Part shown: positions 1 to 10,502 of the stretch, one piece after another | How positions within the stretch are numbered: the first letter of the stretch is position 1 | How the letters are laid out: each line of letters starts with the position of its first letter | Assembly: GCA_045046875.1 (NCBI GenBank) | Contig: JASFYY010000030.1 | Coordinates: 1-64,000, forward strand | Direction: 5' to 3' | Source: Verrucomicrobiota bacterium | GTDB lineage: Bacteria > Verrucomicrobiota > Verrucomicrobiia > Verrucomicrobiales > DEV007 | DNA length: 64,000 nt | Notes under the pieces: generated by a model | Told to the model about the DNA's origin: nothing | Database searches by the model: none | Seen by the model: only the letters and a program-made list of their open reading frames with translations | Position numbers and translations under genes: made by a program

Positions 1-2
1 CT

Positions 3-182
3 TATGGCAAAACCACCGATGACGGAGAAAAGGTCGAGGACAAGTTGGTGAAGGTGGAGGACTTTAATGCCACCATTGCTTATGCGCTGGGCATTCCGCT
101 GGATAGCGTATTGTATTCGCCTTCGAAACGCCCTTTCACCGTGTCACACAAAGGCAAGCCGGTATTGGATCTGTTTGCGTAG
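3..182 (+). CDS. C-terminal fragment of a DUF1501-family protein (runs in from the window edge)
   Basis: Manual frame-3 translation YGKTTDDGEKVEDKLVKVEDFNATIAYALGIPLD...RPFTVSHKGKPVLDLFA* resembles the DUF1501 C-terminus. Confidence 0.65.
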   Translation, partial: YGKTTDDGEKVEDKLVKVEDFNATIAYALGIPLDSVLYSPSKRPFTVSHKGKPVLDLFA

Positions 183-194
183 TAGCGATCAAGC

Positions 195-3100
195 TCAGGG
201 TTTCTCAATAAGCAAATCCGGACGTGAACCTTGCTGCCAGTTGTGTTCGGAAGTCTGGCCGTCAGGCCAGCGAACGCTGATGTTTACGCTTTTGGTTTCA
301 CCGGGGGAGCCGAGACCAAAAAAGAGTTCGCTGGAGGATTGGGACAGATAACCTGATCCGGCATAAATCTCGGCACTTTGTTTTGGTAAGTGGTCATTGC
401 TGACAGTGACTCTGGCACCAATGGCTTGGCCATTCCCTTGGGATCCGCGCAATCGAATTCGTAGAAAGCGATTGTGTGTTTGGGCGTTCAGTAACAAAGC
501 AGGGGCTGCATTATTGATTCCGAACAATAAATCCGGACGTCCATCCTGGTTGATGTCTGCAACGGTCAGGCTTTTATTGTCTCCGGGCAGCACAATGCCA
601 CTTTCTTTTGGCCATACCGGTTGAAAGCGAATGCTGTCAGGGCTGTTTTTTCCAACAGCTTGACCACGCAGTAAAAGGCTGAGGCCGCCGTCCATCGCTC
701 CGGTTTCTTTTTGCGGGGAGTAGGAATTCTGTGCGAGAACGATGTCGCTGTAACCGTCACCGTCAAAATCAGAAATCACGATACCAAAAGAAGGGGCGAT
801 CTGAGCTAATCTTGGTAGCGGTAAAAATTCAAACTGCCCCTTGCCTTGATTGAACCAGATGCCGGATTCAAGCGTATTGGCTTCGAATCGTTGCGCTTTG
901 TCCAGTGCCTTGGGACTGTAGATGTTTTCAAGGGTGGCGCTGGCAAAATTGGCGTAAGATCCGAACTTTCCTGTTAGGGATGGCATGGCTCGGGTGCTGC
1001 AGCTGTAACCCCGGTGAGGGTAACAGGTGTCGCCTTCAAAACCGGCTTCGATAATCCGGGTCTGGCCACTGTTGTCGAACTCTCCGTAATAAAGTAATTC
1101 GGGGTGACTTTTGCTGGCTGAATATTTGCTGTTGAGTCCGGTATTGGTGACCACATAGTCGATGTCTCCGTCGCCATCGAGATCCCGCCCGGCTATTCCA
1201 TTCCACCAGCCACTGCGCTCAGCCAGTCCAGACAATTGGGTGCGGTCTTCGAGCTTGCCCTTTTGATTGTGAAAATATTTCAACGGACCCCATTCGAGGG
1301 TGATGAATAAATCCAACCAGCCATCGTTGTCGGCATCGGACCAAAGGGCTCCGGTGGCCAGGCCGAGCTTCAGCAATTCAGGGGCGATGTTTTTTGTGGC
1401 ATCAGTGAATTTACCGGCACCGTCATTCAGCAATATTCGACTGCTGGCGGGCAATGGGTATTTGCCTGGAATGATGCGACCAGTGATGAATAAATCGAGA
1501 TCACCATCACGATCAAAATCTGCGCAAGCAAGGGAAGCTCCGCTGTCACGAAGGTCCGGCAAATGCTCTTCACTTGCCCGGGTGAAGTGACCTTTGCCAT
1601 CATTAAAATACAGGCGGTCTTGATAAGACGTGGCGTTGATTTTGTGTTCCACTCCACCACTGACGACATAAAGATCCTGATCGCCATCTCCATCGGCGTC
1701 AAAAAGAAGCGTGCCCATGTCCTCGGACTCCGCATCGTTTGCCAGAGTCGTGGGGTTTTGTAGTATAAAGGCGGGAGCTTGCGGCTCTTGTTTTTCATGG
1801 CTCAACAGCAAACGCCCAGGCATTTTGCGCGGGCTGCCAATGAAAAGATCAGGGGAATCATTGCGGGTGACGTCACTCAAGGAGATACCCGGACCGAGAT
1901 TGGAGTGTTTGGCAGGTAGTAGGGCTTGACGGTAGAAGTCGTTGAAAGGGATCTCCTGGACGGTGAGCGATGGTAATAACTGACTACGGTTGAACCAGCT
2001 GGGGGCGGGTTCGGGTGTTTGATCCGTTTTTTTTGAGTCAGCAACTTCGCCGGTTTCAGTGATTTGATAATGAAAGCCACTTTTCAGTTGATTGACGGTT
2101 TGCTGTTTTCCCGAGGGCCATCTGATGGTGAGGGAATAGGGCTCTCGATTCTCCCCCAGGCCGAAGTGTGCCAGTGGTTCATCAGAGCCCTGATAGCCAT
2201 TATGTGGACTGAGGGTGCGGTGAAAGGAATGTCCGGAGGAATCATGTAATTTCAGTCGAGTCCCGATACCAAAAGAGTTGCCTGTTTTACTGCGAAGGCT
2301 AACGGTTATATTGTTTTTTCCAGAACTCAGATTCTCAAGGATGAATGGAGTTTGATTGAGGTTACTGGTGATGATGTCGATATCACCATCTTGATCCAGG
2401 TCGGCGAGTGCGGCGGCATAAGACATGGAGAGCTGGTCTAGTCCCCAGGTGTTTGCATTAGTTTCAAATTGGAAGTCGGCGACATTGCGAAAGGCCAGGT
2501 TTTTTTCAGGGTGCTCGGCTTTGTTTTCAAAATAATCCCAGTAATTGTGCCCTATGCGCATAGCGGGAGAAACCAGCCGCTGACTGACAAAATCCCGCGA
2601 ATGACCCGTGGTGAAAAATAGATCCATTCGTCCGTCACTGTCGAAATCGGCACTTTTGATGCTCCATGACCAATCACTGCGCGCCACTCCGCTGAGCCAG
2701 GCCGCTTCGAACATATGCGAGGTGCCCGTATTATAGAACAGCGCGTTGACCATGTGTTGACGGGGAGTGCCCCGTCGCAGCATGTCGGCGAACTTTGCTC
2801 CCATCTCTCCCATGGTGAGTTTCTCCCGGTAATGAGTGGTCGGCATCATGTCGGCTACGATAAAGTCAGGCATGCCGTCGTTATTAAGATCCATCGTTGA
2901 AGATCCCATGGACGACCATGCGGTGTGCTGCAGCACCGAGCCAGCTATCTCGGTGAAGCTGCCGTCTTTGTTGTTGCGGTAGAGCAGATCCCGGTCGTTG
3001 AAGTCGTTGCCGACATAGAGATCGGGCCAGCCGTCCAGATTGTAATCCCACCACGCAATCGAATTGGTGTGGGCAGGATGGTTGAGAATTCCTGCTTTTG

Positions 3101-3950
3101 TCGTTTGGTTTTCAAAGGTGCCATCCCCCTTGTTTATGTATAAAAGGTTGGGACGCCCCACTTCGTCGTATTTGGGTAACCCCTTGTCGATGGAGCTGAA
3201 TTTATAATAACGATCCATCGGAGGCAGCACCTTGAAAGTCTTCCCATCTCGCTGCATGGCGACGCCTTTTTTTGGCCGCCCGCCTTTTCGGTAATAGGCA
3301 TTAACTCCCACAAACAGGTCGAGATCCCCATCGTGATCATAATCCTCGAATGAAGCGACTAGGCTGGCATCGATGATGTCCAGGCCGCGGGCATGGGCTT
3401 GTTCTTCAAAATGCAGTTGGCCGGGTTTGGACTTATTGATATACAACCGGTTGGGGGCATCGTAGCAGCAGACATAAATGTCCAAATCTCCGTCATTATC
3501 CACATCGGCAAAACTCACTCCGGTGCTCCAGAGCAAAGCCGGTTCCAGATCTGCGATACCGGAAGTATGAGTATGATCTTCGAATCGCAAATCACCCAAC
3601 TGGCGATAGAGTCGATTGGCAGAAGCACCGGAGGTGAAAAATAAATCAGTTTTTCCATCGCCATCGAGATCACCTGCAGCGACGCTTCCGCAGGCCATGG
3701 CCGAGTAGTATAACCTTTTGTCAGGGTGTTTGGAATCGATAGGGATAACAAAATCGATTCCGCTGTGCTGGGGAGATAGTTTCTTGAATAGGGAGGCGCC
3801 GACCTTTGCCGGGATCGCTGAGGAGGATGAGCGAAAAGGGGTGGAGTGGATGAATTCGGTCGAGGGGTCAATCTCGGCTTCTTGTGCTGGCATGGGAGCA
3901 GACAAGATCAAGAAAAGAAGAACAAGAGCTGCAGAAGATGTTCGTAACAT
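195..3950 (-). CDS. Secreted FG-GAP/VCBS-repeat protein with ASPIC/UnbV domains (CRTAC1-like), two tandem modules
   Basis: Signal peptide; many DxDGDGDxD repeats; two ASPIC-like segments (GYQGSDE..HFGLG..IRWPSG and GYLSQSS..FFGLG..VRWPDG). Confidence 0.85.
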   Translation of the reverse strand: MLRTSSAALVLLFLILSAPMPAQEAEIDPSTEFIHSTPFRSSSSAIPAKVGASLFKKLSPQHSGIDFVIPIDSKHPDKRLYYSAMACGSVAAGDLDGDGKTDLFFTSGASANRLYRQLGDLRFEDHTHTSGIADLEPALLWSTGVSFADVDNDGDLDIYVCCYDAPNRLYINKSKPGQLHFEEQAHARGLDIIDASLVASFEDYDHDGDLDLFVGVNAYYRKGGRPKKGVAMQRDGKTFKVLPPMDRYYKFSSIDKGLPKYDEVGRPNLLYINKGDGTFENQTTKAGILNHPAHTNSIAWWDYNLDGWPDLYVGNDFNDRDLLYRNNKDGSFTEIAGSVLQHTAWSSMGSSTMDLNNDGMPDFIVADMMPTTHYREKLTMGEMGAKFADMLRRGTPRQHMVNALFYNTGTSHMFEAAWLSGVARSDWSWSIKSADFDSDGRMDLFFTTGHSRDFVSQRLVSPAMRIGHNYWDYFENKAEHPEKNLAFRNVADFQFETNANTWGLDQLSMSYAAALADLDQDGDIDIITSNLNQTPFILENLSSGKNNITVSLRSKTGNSFGIGTRLKLHDSSGHSFHRTLSPHNGYQGSDEPLAHFGLGENREPYSLTIRWPSGKQQTVNQLKSGFHYQITETGEVADSKKTDQTPEPAPSWFNRSQLLPSLTVQEIPFNDFYRQALLPAKHSNLGPGISLSDVTRNDSPDLFIGSPRKMPGRLLLSHEKQEPQAPAFILQNPTTLANDAESEDMGTLLFDADGDGDQDLYVVSGGVEHKINATSYQDRLYFNDGKGHFTRASEEHLPDLRDSGASLACADFDRDGDLDLFITGRIIPGKYPLPASSRILLNDGAGKFTDATKNIAPELLKLGLATGALWSDADNDGWLDLFITLEWGPLKYFHNQKGKLEDRTQLSGLAERSGWWNGIAGRDLDGDGDIDYVVTNTGLNSKYSASKSHPELLYYGEFDNSGQTRIIEAGFEGDTCYPHRGYSCSTRAMPSLTGKFGSYANFASATLENIYSPKALDKAQRFEANTLESGIWFNQGKGQFEFLPLPRLAQIAPSFGIVISDFDGDGYSDIVLAQNSYSPQKETGAMDGGLSLLLRGQAVGKNSPDSIRFQPVWPKESGIVLPGDNKSLTVADINQDGRPDLLFGINNAAPALLLNAQTHNRFLRIRLRGSQGNGQAIGARVTVSNDHLPKQSAEIYAGSGYLSQSSSELFFGLGSPGETKSVNISVRWPDGQTSEHNWQQGSRPDLLIEKP

Positions 3951-4037
3951 GAAACAGAATAGGCCGCACGGTGATGTGCCGGATAAAGCTATTCCATTTG
4001 GATTCCAGCGGCAAGGGCAATCATATAGATTTGGAAG

Positions 4038-4817
4038 ATGTCAAAAAAACTTAGACAAAGAGAAAGCAGGGAATCGCTTGTTAGGGAAAGAAGAAAACAC
4101 CTTTTTACGCAAGATTTTATGCAAAACGAAGATGAAGAGTTTGAGCGGCTTGAGGAAAAATTGGGCCGATTGACCCCCAAGGGTATGGATGAAGCCTATT
4201 TGCTGCATTTGACGCAAACGGTAAGGACCCCTCAGGAAATAGCCGGGCTGCAGCAGAGTGAGCAGGCTTATCCTTCGAATGTATTATGGATGCGTTTTGC
4301 ACCTGTGGCGGCAGCGGCAGGGGTTGTGCTTTTAGGCACGTTTTTTCTTCGTTATGAGAGCCGGATGGAGGGCTTGCAAGCTCAACAGGACGAGACCGCT
4401 ACAGCTACAAAAATGATTTTGAATGACGAGGCTATCATCCCTGCCTCTGCCGTGGTTTTAAATGATGCGATCATTTCTGACAATAACACACTTGCGGTTT
4501 CAGATAATAGTACGCTTGCGGTTTTATCATCTCCTTCTGCAGAGATCTCCAAGCAATCTTCAGCGGCATGGCCTGACTTACCAGTTCCTCGTCTGGGAGT
4601 AGGGCAAGCTGCAGCGGGGAATATTCTGAATTCTTCCGGACAGGGGTTGTGGCAGACATCTGCGCAAAATTATCTGCAGACCACGGATGCTAATTTACAG
4701 GGAGACTATCAAGCAGGTGAGTCTCTTAACGCAGGACTACACTTTGCGGGTGCTTACCAGTGGCAGGGAACTACAGAGAGTCAAACTGCACAAAAAAAGG
4801 ACAAAGAGGCAAAATAA
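4038..4817 (+). CDS. Hypothetical single-pass membrane protein
   Basis: 259-aa ORF with one hydrophobic segment (FAPVAAAAGVVLLGTFFL); start uncertain. Confidence 0.55.
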   Translation: MSKKLRQRESRESLVRERRKHLFTQDFMQNEDEEFERLEEKLGRLTPKGMDEAYLLHLTQTVRTPQEIAGLQQSEQAYPSNVLWMRFAPVAAAAGVVLLGTFFLRYESRMEGLQAQQDETATATKMILNDEAIIPASAVVLNDAIISDNNTLAVSDNSTLAVLSSPSAEISKQSSAAWPDLPVPRLGVGQAAAGNILNSSGQGLWQTSAQNYLQTTDANLQGDYQAGESLNAGLHFAGAYQWQGTTESQTAQKKDKEAK

Positions 4818-4893
4818 GAGCTTCTGGGGAAGTGTGAAAAATCACCCGACGCCACGAAGGTTTTTCAAGAAAAAGTGAGGGATCTTGCTCTCC

Positions 4894-5463
4894 TTAATAA
4901 GGGCGTAGAGACCTAGGTTGATCGAGGATTTCTTTCAAGACCACCGCTTGGCGCAGGCCTCGCCCACGGGTCATGGAGCGTAGTGAATTTGAACGCCGCT
5001 TTTTCCTCTTATGAGTGCTGGTGGTTTCCCGCGACTTGAGATTGGCGAGGGCTTTTTTTTCTTCAGCTGACAACTGCGGAACCGATACCGCTTGGTGGCC
5101 AGGGGTAGCGAGAGGAGGAGGGGAGTTGGCGATGCGGGTGGGAGACCTTTGCAGTGGTGGCGGACTGGTTTGAACCGGCTTGGGATCGGGTTCAGGCAGG
5201 AAGGATTCGGCTTCTTCTTCAGCTACTCCACCAATCGACTCAAAAAGCTTGCGCAGAGCCTCCGAAGCATCATCGGATCCCGCTTCACGCTGAGCCTGAC
5301 GTTGTAAGTGGCGTTTACGGTTTTCCTGGACTTCGGCCAGGGTGCGCTGGGGCGGCTCTTCATCTTCTTCCCCCTCGGTGGAGCCTTTGATCTTTTTAAA
5401 CAACCAGGAAATGAAATAGATGGCTATCGCCGCCGCGTAGAACCATACTTTTTCGTTATTCAT
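4894..5463 (-). CDS. Hypothetical membrane-anchored protein downstream of floA (YqfB-like position)
   Basis: N-terminal TM, Pro-rich linker, C-terminal LRQAVVLKEILDQPRSLR motif typical of floA-neighbour proteins. Confidence 0.65.
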   Translation of the reverse strand: MNNEKVWFYAAAIAIYFISWLFKKIKGSTEGEEDEEPPQRTLAEVQENRKRHLQRQAQREAGSDDASEALRKLFESIGGVAEEEAESFLPEPDPKPVQTSPPPLQRSPTRIANSPPPLATPGHQAVSVPQLSAEEKKALANLKSRETTSTHKRKKRRSNSLRSMTRGRGLRQAVVLKEILDQPRSLRPY

Positions 5464-5528
5464 CGGTTTGTGGTCTTGAAGAGGAGAGGATCACTCGCGA
5501 CATTTGCCACGAGCGATTCTAGATTCTA

Positions 5529-6542
5529 TTAATGACCGCCTTTGTCCGTAGTGTTGTGTCCGTCCTCTTTATCCTCGGAGATGGTCTGACGCATGTCTGT
5601 ATCAGCAACGATGTTCTGATAACGGGCGTAGTCCATAATTCCTAGATTGCCGTTGCGGAAAGCTTCGGCCATGGCCAGTGGGATCTGAGCTTCGTTCTCG
5701 ACCACTTTGGCTCGCATCTCCTGAGTGCGGGCGGCCATTTCATGCTCGGTGGCAACCGCAGCTGCGCGGCGAACTTCGGCTTTGGCCTGGGCGACTTGTT
5801 TGTCGGCTTCGGCTTGCTCGGTCTGCAGGGCGGCATTGATATTCGATCCGACATCAACATCGGCGATGTCAATGGAGAGGATCTCAAAAGCGGTATTGGC
5901 ATCGAGCCCTTTGCTCAATACATGTTTGGAAATACGGTCTGGATTTTCCAGCACATCTTTGTAGGAGGTTGCAGAACCGATCGAAGTCACAATGCCTTCC
6001 CCGACACGGGCAATAATGGTTTCTTCGGTAGCTCCACCGACAAAACGCTCAAGGTTGGTGCGCACGGTGACCCGGGCGCGGGCGCGGACTTGAATGCCGT
6101 CGCGGGCAACCGCATCTATTTTTCCAGTAACAGGGCAATCAATCACTGCTGGATTGATGCTGGTGCGAACCGCTTCGAGCACGGTTTTCCCGGTTCCTTT
6201 CACCGCCAGGTCGATGGCGCAGGCGCGGTCATAAATAAGTGGAATTTCTGCTTTGTCGGCTGCGATCAGGGACAAAACCACATGGTCTACACTGCCGCCG
6301 GCCAGGTAGTGGGCTTCGAGCTGGTCGGTGTTGAGTTCGATTCCGGCTTTTACTGCGGTGATGCGGGAATCAACGATCAAGGCCGGGGGAACTTTTCTGA
6401 GCCACATGGCAATCAGAGTCAAGAATCCAACGGGAGCGTTGGCAACCCGTGCGCGGACGTAGATTCCAATAAACCTGCTGAGAATCAAAACGATGAACAG
6501 GAGGATGATGACGATGACGGCGATGACGGCGGTTTGCCACAT
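5529..6542 (-). CDS. floA: Flotillin-like protein FloA (YqfA/UPF0365)
   Basis: [49 protein letters not shown] motifs. Confidence 0.92.
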   Translation of the reverse strand: MWQTAVIAVIVIILLFIVLILSRFIGIYVRARVANAPVGFLTLIAMWLRKVPPALIVDSRITAVKAGIELNTDQLEAHYLAGGSVDHVVLSLIAADKAEIPLIYDRACAIDLAVKGTGKTVLEAVRTSINPAVIDCPVTGKIDAVARDGIQVRARARVTVRTNLERFVGGATEETIIARVGEGIVTSIGSATSYKDVLENPDRISKHVLSKGLDANTAFEILSIDIADVDVGSNINAALQTEQAEADKQVAQAKAEVRRAAAVATEHEMAARTQEMRAKVVENEAQIPLAMAEAFRNGNLGIMDYARYQNIVADTDMRQTISEDKEDGHNTTDKGGH

Positions 6543-6623
6543 AATGATAAATAGTTAAGTTTAAATTGAGTGTTAAGTGAAACTGTCAGTAAATTACGGA
6601 GAAAGGCAAGTTTTAAAGTAGGC

Positions 6624-7208
6624 TCATAACAAGCTGGGCACATTGCGAATAGGAAAAGCCTCCAAGTCAGAAGGAACTCCGGGGAAATTTTCATCGACAA
6701 AACGATCCCAGCTTTCGCGGGTTTTTTTCGATACCAGTTCGCTCATTTCCTCCATGCAAAGTCCGCAGATCTTGTTAGCTTCGACGATGGATTCTCCCAG
6801 GCAGATGCCAACCAGTCCGTAATCCATGATTTGGGAATATTCTTCCACCCGATCGCACAAGGCGCATTCATCAAAACCTGCCACCTGACGGATACGGCTC
6901 ATTTGAAATTCATACAGACGTTGGCGGGATTCTTCGGAGGATTCCTCCATCATGTTCTGAAGACATGGAACGCAAAGGGCGTATTCAAAGATGACTTCAT
7001 CGCCTTTGTAAACTTTGGAAACGCGGTAACCATTTTTAAAATCAAACAGTCCTTCGCCACACCGGGTGCAGCTGCGAAAGGGGCGGTCTTCATAAAAGGA
7101 ATACAACTCCGACGGAATGGGTCCGGTGGGTTTCAGTTTAAATCGAGGCGATTCATTATCATGCTCATCGTCGTTATGATCGCTGTCAGGCGTGTTCTCT
7201 TCGCTCAT
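6624..7208 (-). CDS. Hypothetical protein with four CxxC pairs
   Basis: CTRC, CVPC, CALC, CGLC in a 194-aa ORF. Confidence 0.6.
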   Translation of the reverse strand: MSEENTPDSDHNDDEHDNESPRFKLKPTGPIPSELYSFYEDRPFRSCTRCGEGLFDFKNGYRVSKVYKGDEVIFEYALCVPCLQNMMEESSEESRQRLYEFQMSRIRQVAGFDECALCDRVEEYSQIMDYGLVGICLGESIVEANKICGLCMEEMSELVSKKTRESWDRFVDENFPGVPSDLEAFPIRNVPSLL

Positions 7209-7385
7209 GGTATTTGTCTTGCCTCAGAGTAACGCATGAAGTGGTGATTTTCCAAGTCTGAAAATGGCTAGCTTGAGTATTATTTCACATTCCAAAAAAC
7301 AGTTGGTTTGTTGTTCAATAAAAGGTAATTGTATACTTATGAGTCTAAAAGAGACTCGTTTGTCTGAAACCCGAAAATTGTTATT

Positions 7386-7880
7386 ATGAAATCTGCCTCT
7401 ATCTACTCAATAGCCTGTGTCGCTGCTTTTTCTTTGAGCTCGTGTACCGAAGCCCCTCAATCCTCCGGTGATGATCACGGCTCTCATTCGGCTGCGCCTC
7501 AATTGCCTTCCGGAAAAACTTCCCGCCCTGCGGATGCCAAGCTGTATATTGTATCTCCTGCGGATGGCGCTGAGGTGAGTTCTCCTTTTGTGGTGAATTT
7601 TGGATTAAAGGGGATGGGCGTGGCTCCTGCTGGATTGTATCTCGCAGAAGATAAACCTACCGGCCATCATCATCTGTTGATCGATGTGGACAAGTTGCCC
7701 GTTCTCACCATGCCGATTCCTAAAGACGAAAAACATGTGCATTTTGGTGGGGGTCAGACTGAAGGGTCCGTGACCTTGCCTCCGGGTAAACATACTTTGC
7801 AGTTGGTATTGGGGAACCACACTCACATCCCGCACGATCCGCCGCTGACCTCTGAAAAAATCACCATCACGGTGAAATGA
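7386..7880 (+). CDS. DUF4399-family lipoprotein
   Basis: Lipobox LSSC; GHHHLLID, HFGGGQTE, LPPGKHTLQL motifs. Confidence 0.85.
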   Translation: MKSASIYSIACVAAFSLSSCTEAPQSSGDDHGSHSAAPQLPSGKTSRPADAKLYIVSPADGAEVSSPFVVNFGLKGMGVAPAGLYLAEDKPTGHHHLLIDVDKLPVLTMPIPKDEKHVHFGGGQTEGSVTLPPGKHTLQLVLGNHTHIPHDPPLTSEKITITVK

Positions 7881-7900
7881 GTTGTTAGAAATTGATTTTG

Positions 7901-7931
7901 AAAGCCGGTGCGGGAACGCATCGGCTTTTTT
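7901..7931 (+). terminator. Rho-independent terminator
   Basis: AAAGCCGGTGCG-GGAA-CGCATCGGCTTT hairpin running into a T tract after the DUF4399 gene. Confidence 0.8.
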
Positions 7932-8051
7932 GTGATTTGGAGAAAGGCTAACCGCTTATGAATTAATAAATCGAATGGAAGATATGGAAACCACTGATTT
8001 CACAGCCGACTGAAGGGAGGCCTCCGTAAATTATTACCTGAAGGCAAATTA

Positions 8052-9785
8052 TCACTGATAAGAGAGCTTAATATTCTCTACTTTTAATGTTCGTAGGCGG
8101 TTTAGGGCGGCGGCGAGTTCGTGGCGGCGGAAGATTGCTAGATCGCCTCGGTGTCCATGCGAGAGGATGTCCAGACCTCTATTGAGGTCTGGTTCGATCA
8201 GATCCAGAATCTGAGCAATGTTTCGTGTGCCATCGATGATGTTTTTTTCACGGGCATACACCAAGGCGGCTGCGATGGCCCGGGTTTGGGAAGAGCTGAT
8301 GATTTGGGTGAGGGCACTCAGGTCGATATCGTGTTCGCCGAATTGGATGTGATGGGTGCTGCGGGATTTGACTGAGACGTCCCGGCGTCCTTTGCGGGGA
8401 TCAATGGAAGCGGGCTGGGGGCTGCGCTCTGAGATTGATCCGAAGGCAGGGCTTTCATTCACTTCGATCGAAGAATGGTTGGCTGCAATTCGCTTGGCTT
8501 CTTTAGTTAGGTTGTGAGGCAGGTATTGATCCATGCCGATCACCAGGTCGGCGACGGGAAAATAATCCCCGGATCCACCCATGACGAGAATGGAGGATAC
8601 TCGGTGATCGTTGTATAAAGAGCGCACTTTATTGATGAAAGGCGTGATGGGCTCTTTGTCCGCTGCGATGAGTTCTTGCATGCGTTGGTCGCGGATCATG
8701 AAATTGGTCGCGGCGATGTCTTCGTCGATCAGCAGGGTGTCAGCGCCTGATTCCAAGGCTTCGATGATGTTGGCTGCTTGAGAAGTTGAGCCGGAGGCGT
8801 TCTCGGTGGAGAAGACGGTGGTATCTGCCTGGTTGGGAAGGTTGTTGATAAAGGGTGAAATATCGACGCCGGAAACGCTGCGTCCATCCTCGGCACGGAT
8901 TTTGACTGCATCCGGACAGGTCACTAGAAACTCTCTCCCGTCTTGTGGGCGGTGATTGTATATGCCTCGTTCGATGGCATTGAGCAGGGTCGATTTGCCA
9001 TGAAAGCCTCCGCCGACGATGAGGGTGATGCCTACAGGGATACCCAGGCCGCTGACTGCTCCACGATTAGGAGTGGTCAGCGTGACTTCGAGATCGGCCG
9101 GACTTTGAAACGCAATGGCATCGTTTGATTCCAAGGGGCGTTGATCAATACCTGATCGGCGCGGCAGGACGGAGCCGTTGGCGACAAAGGCGAGCAAGTG
9201 ATTGCCTTTTAATTGACTGCGAAGCGCGTCGGCGTCTTCATTGGTTTCGACTGCTGCCTGTATTTTGTCAGCATCGAGTTCACTGAAGCGTAGACAATCG
9301 TCAGCCAGTTGAGGCAAACAGTCGCAGAGCATTTGTGCGGCTTCGCGTCCAGCGATACGACGCCCGCGGGCGGGTAGACCGAGGCTGAGGCGAACTTCAA
9401 TCGCGTCCTCGAGGTAGAGCAAGGCGGTGCGGGCGATCACTTCCTGACCGGGGGCATCGATGTCCAGCAGACCTGATTTCCCCGATCCGGCGCGGGAGGA
9501 GAATTTTCCACACGCGGCGGAAACGATATGCGCGAGGTGGTTTTCGAGGCCGATACGCCGGGACGGGTTAGAATGAGTCCATTCGGGGAAACCTGCGACT
9601 GAATGCGCCAGACGGATACGCACATGAGAGGGGGCGGCAAAAGGATCCCCTTGGATATGATCTAGACGGACTTCGAAGGTGGCGTCGTTGGAGCGGAAGC
9701 AGCAGCCACGCAGATCTTTGTAGGCAGGGTAACCGCGGCCGTCTATCCGGCGTAATTCATTGCGAAGGTCTTCGATGGTGGGCAT
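8052..9785 (-). CDS. ABC-class ATPase (ABC_ATPase family)
   Basis: GGGFHGKST Walker A; HIQGDPFAAPS, ASGSTSQAA, LLIDED..ATNFMIRD motifs. Confidence 0.85.
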   Translation of the reverse strand: MPTIEDLRNELRRIDGRGYPAYKDLRGCCFRSNDATFEVRLDHIQGDPFAAPSHVRIRLAHSVAGFPEWTHSNPSRRIGLENHLAHIVSAACGKFSSRAGSGKSGLLDIDAPGQEVIARTALLYLEDAIEVRLSLGLPARGRRIAGREAAQMLCDCLPQLADDCLRFSELDADKIQAAVETNEDADALRSQLKGNHLLAFVANGSVLPRRSGIDQRPLESNDAIAFQSPADLEVTLTTPNRGAVSGLGIPVGITLIVGGGFHGKSTLLNAIERGIYNHRPQDGREFLVTCPDAVKIRAEDGRSVSGVDISPFINNLPNQADTTVFSTENASGSTSQAANIIEALESGADTLLIDEDIAATNFMIRDQRMQELIAADKEPITPFINKVRSLYNDHRVSSILVMGGSGDYFPVADLVIGMDQYLPHNLTKEAKRIAANHSSIEVNESPAFGSISERSPQPASIDPRKGRRDVSVKSRSTHHIQFGEHDIDLSALTQIISSSQTRAIAAALVYAREKNIIDGTRNIAQILDLIEPDLNRGLDILSHGHRGDLAIFRRHELAAALNRLRTLKVENIKLSYQ

Positions 9786-9933
9786 GGGTGGGGAAGGAGC
9801 TGGAAGTTAGGAGAAAGGAGTTAGAATTACCAAATTCTTGGAAATGTGACAAGTTCTTGCGTTGTGGGTAATATATGTTTACTGAAATTTGACTACTTAA
9901 TCCTGTATTCCAAATCCTATCTTCTAACTCCTT

Positions 9934-10347
9934 ATGCCTACTTATTCGACTTTTGAAAGTGAACTTCAGGTGCGCCCTGATGATATCGATATGAACGGTC
10001 ATGTCCACAACTCCAAATATTTGGATTATGTGCTGGCTGCGCGATTTGACCAGATGCAGCGCTGTTATGGCATGTCGATGGATGAGTTCTTGAAACGGGG
10101 CTTGAGCTGGTATGTGCGAGCCGCCTATATCCAACACAAACGCCCGTTGTTCTTGGGAGATAGTGTCCGGATTCGAACCGGCGTTACTGAAGTTCGCTCG
10201 CGGGGGGTGAAGGTGGAGTATGAGATTATTAATCAATCTGATGACAAATTGAGCGCCAAAGGCTACTTCGACTACGTGATGGTGAACAGCAAGACGGGGA
10301 AGGCTCAAGTTATTGAACCGGATATTGTCGAAATGTATTCAGTTTGA
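9934..10347 (+). CDS. Acyl-CoA thioesterase (4HBT/YbgC hotdog family)
   Basis: VRPDDIDMNGHVHNSKY motif. Confidence 0.85.
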   Translation: MPTYSTFESELQVRPDDIDMNGHVHNSKYLDYVLAARFDQMQRCYGMSMDEFLKRGLSWYVRAAYIQHKRPLFLGDSVRIRTGVTEVRSRGVKVEYEIINQSDDKLSAKGYFDYVMVNSKTGKAQVIEPDIVEMYSV

Positions 10348-10502
10348 ACGGTTGATTTTCGGACTTGTGTTTTCAGTTTTTGCCGCTAGCTTGCCGCGCT
10401 TTTCATCCAAACTGCAGGCGTCCCGCGGGGTTTGGATTTTATGTCGGGACAATATCGGAAGGCTAATTAACTAAACAAACCTAACTCAACCTTAATTATA
10501 TT

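Noticed and set aside
4400..4530. Short coding tandem repeats (SDNNTLAV/SDNSTLAV; also EPS repeats near 61170)
   Set aside because: Low-complexity linker duplications, not CRISPR or mobile repeats.
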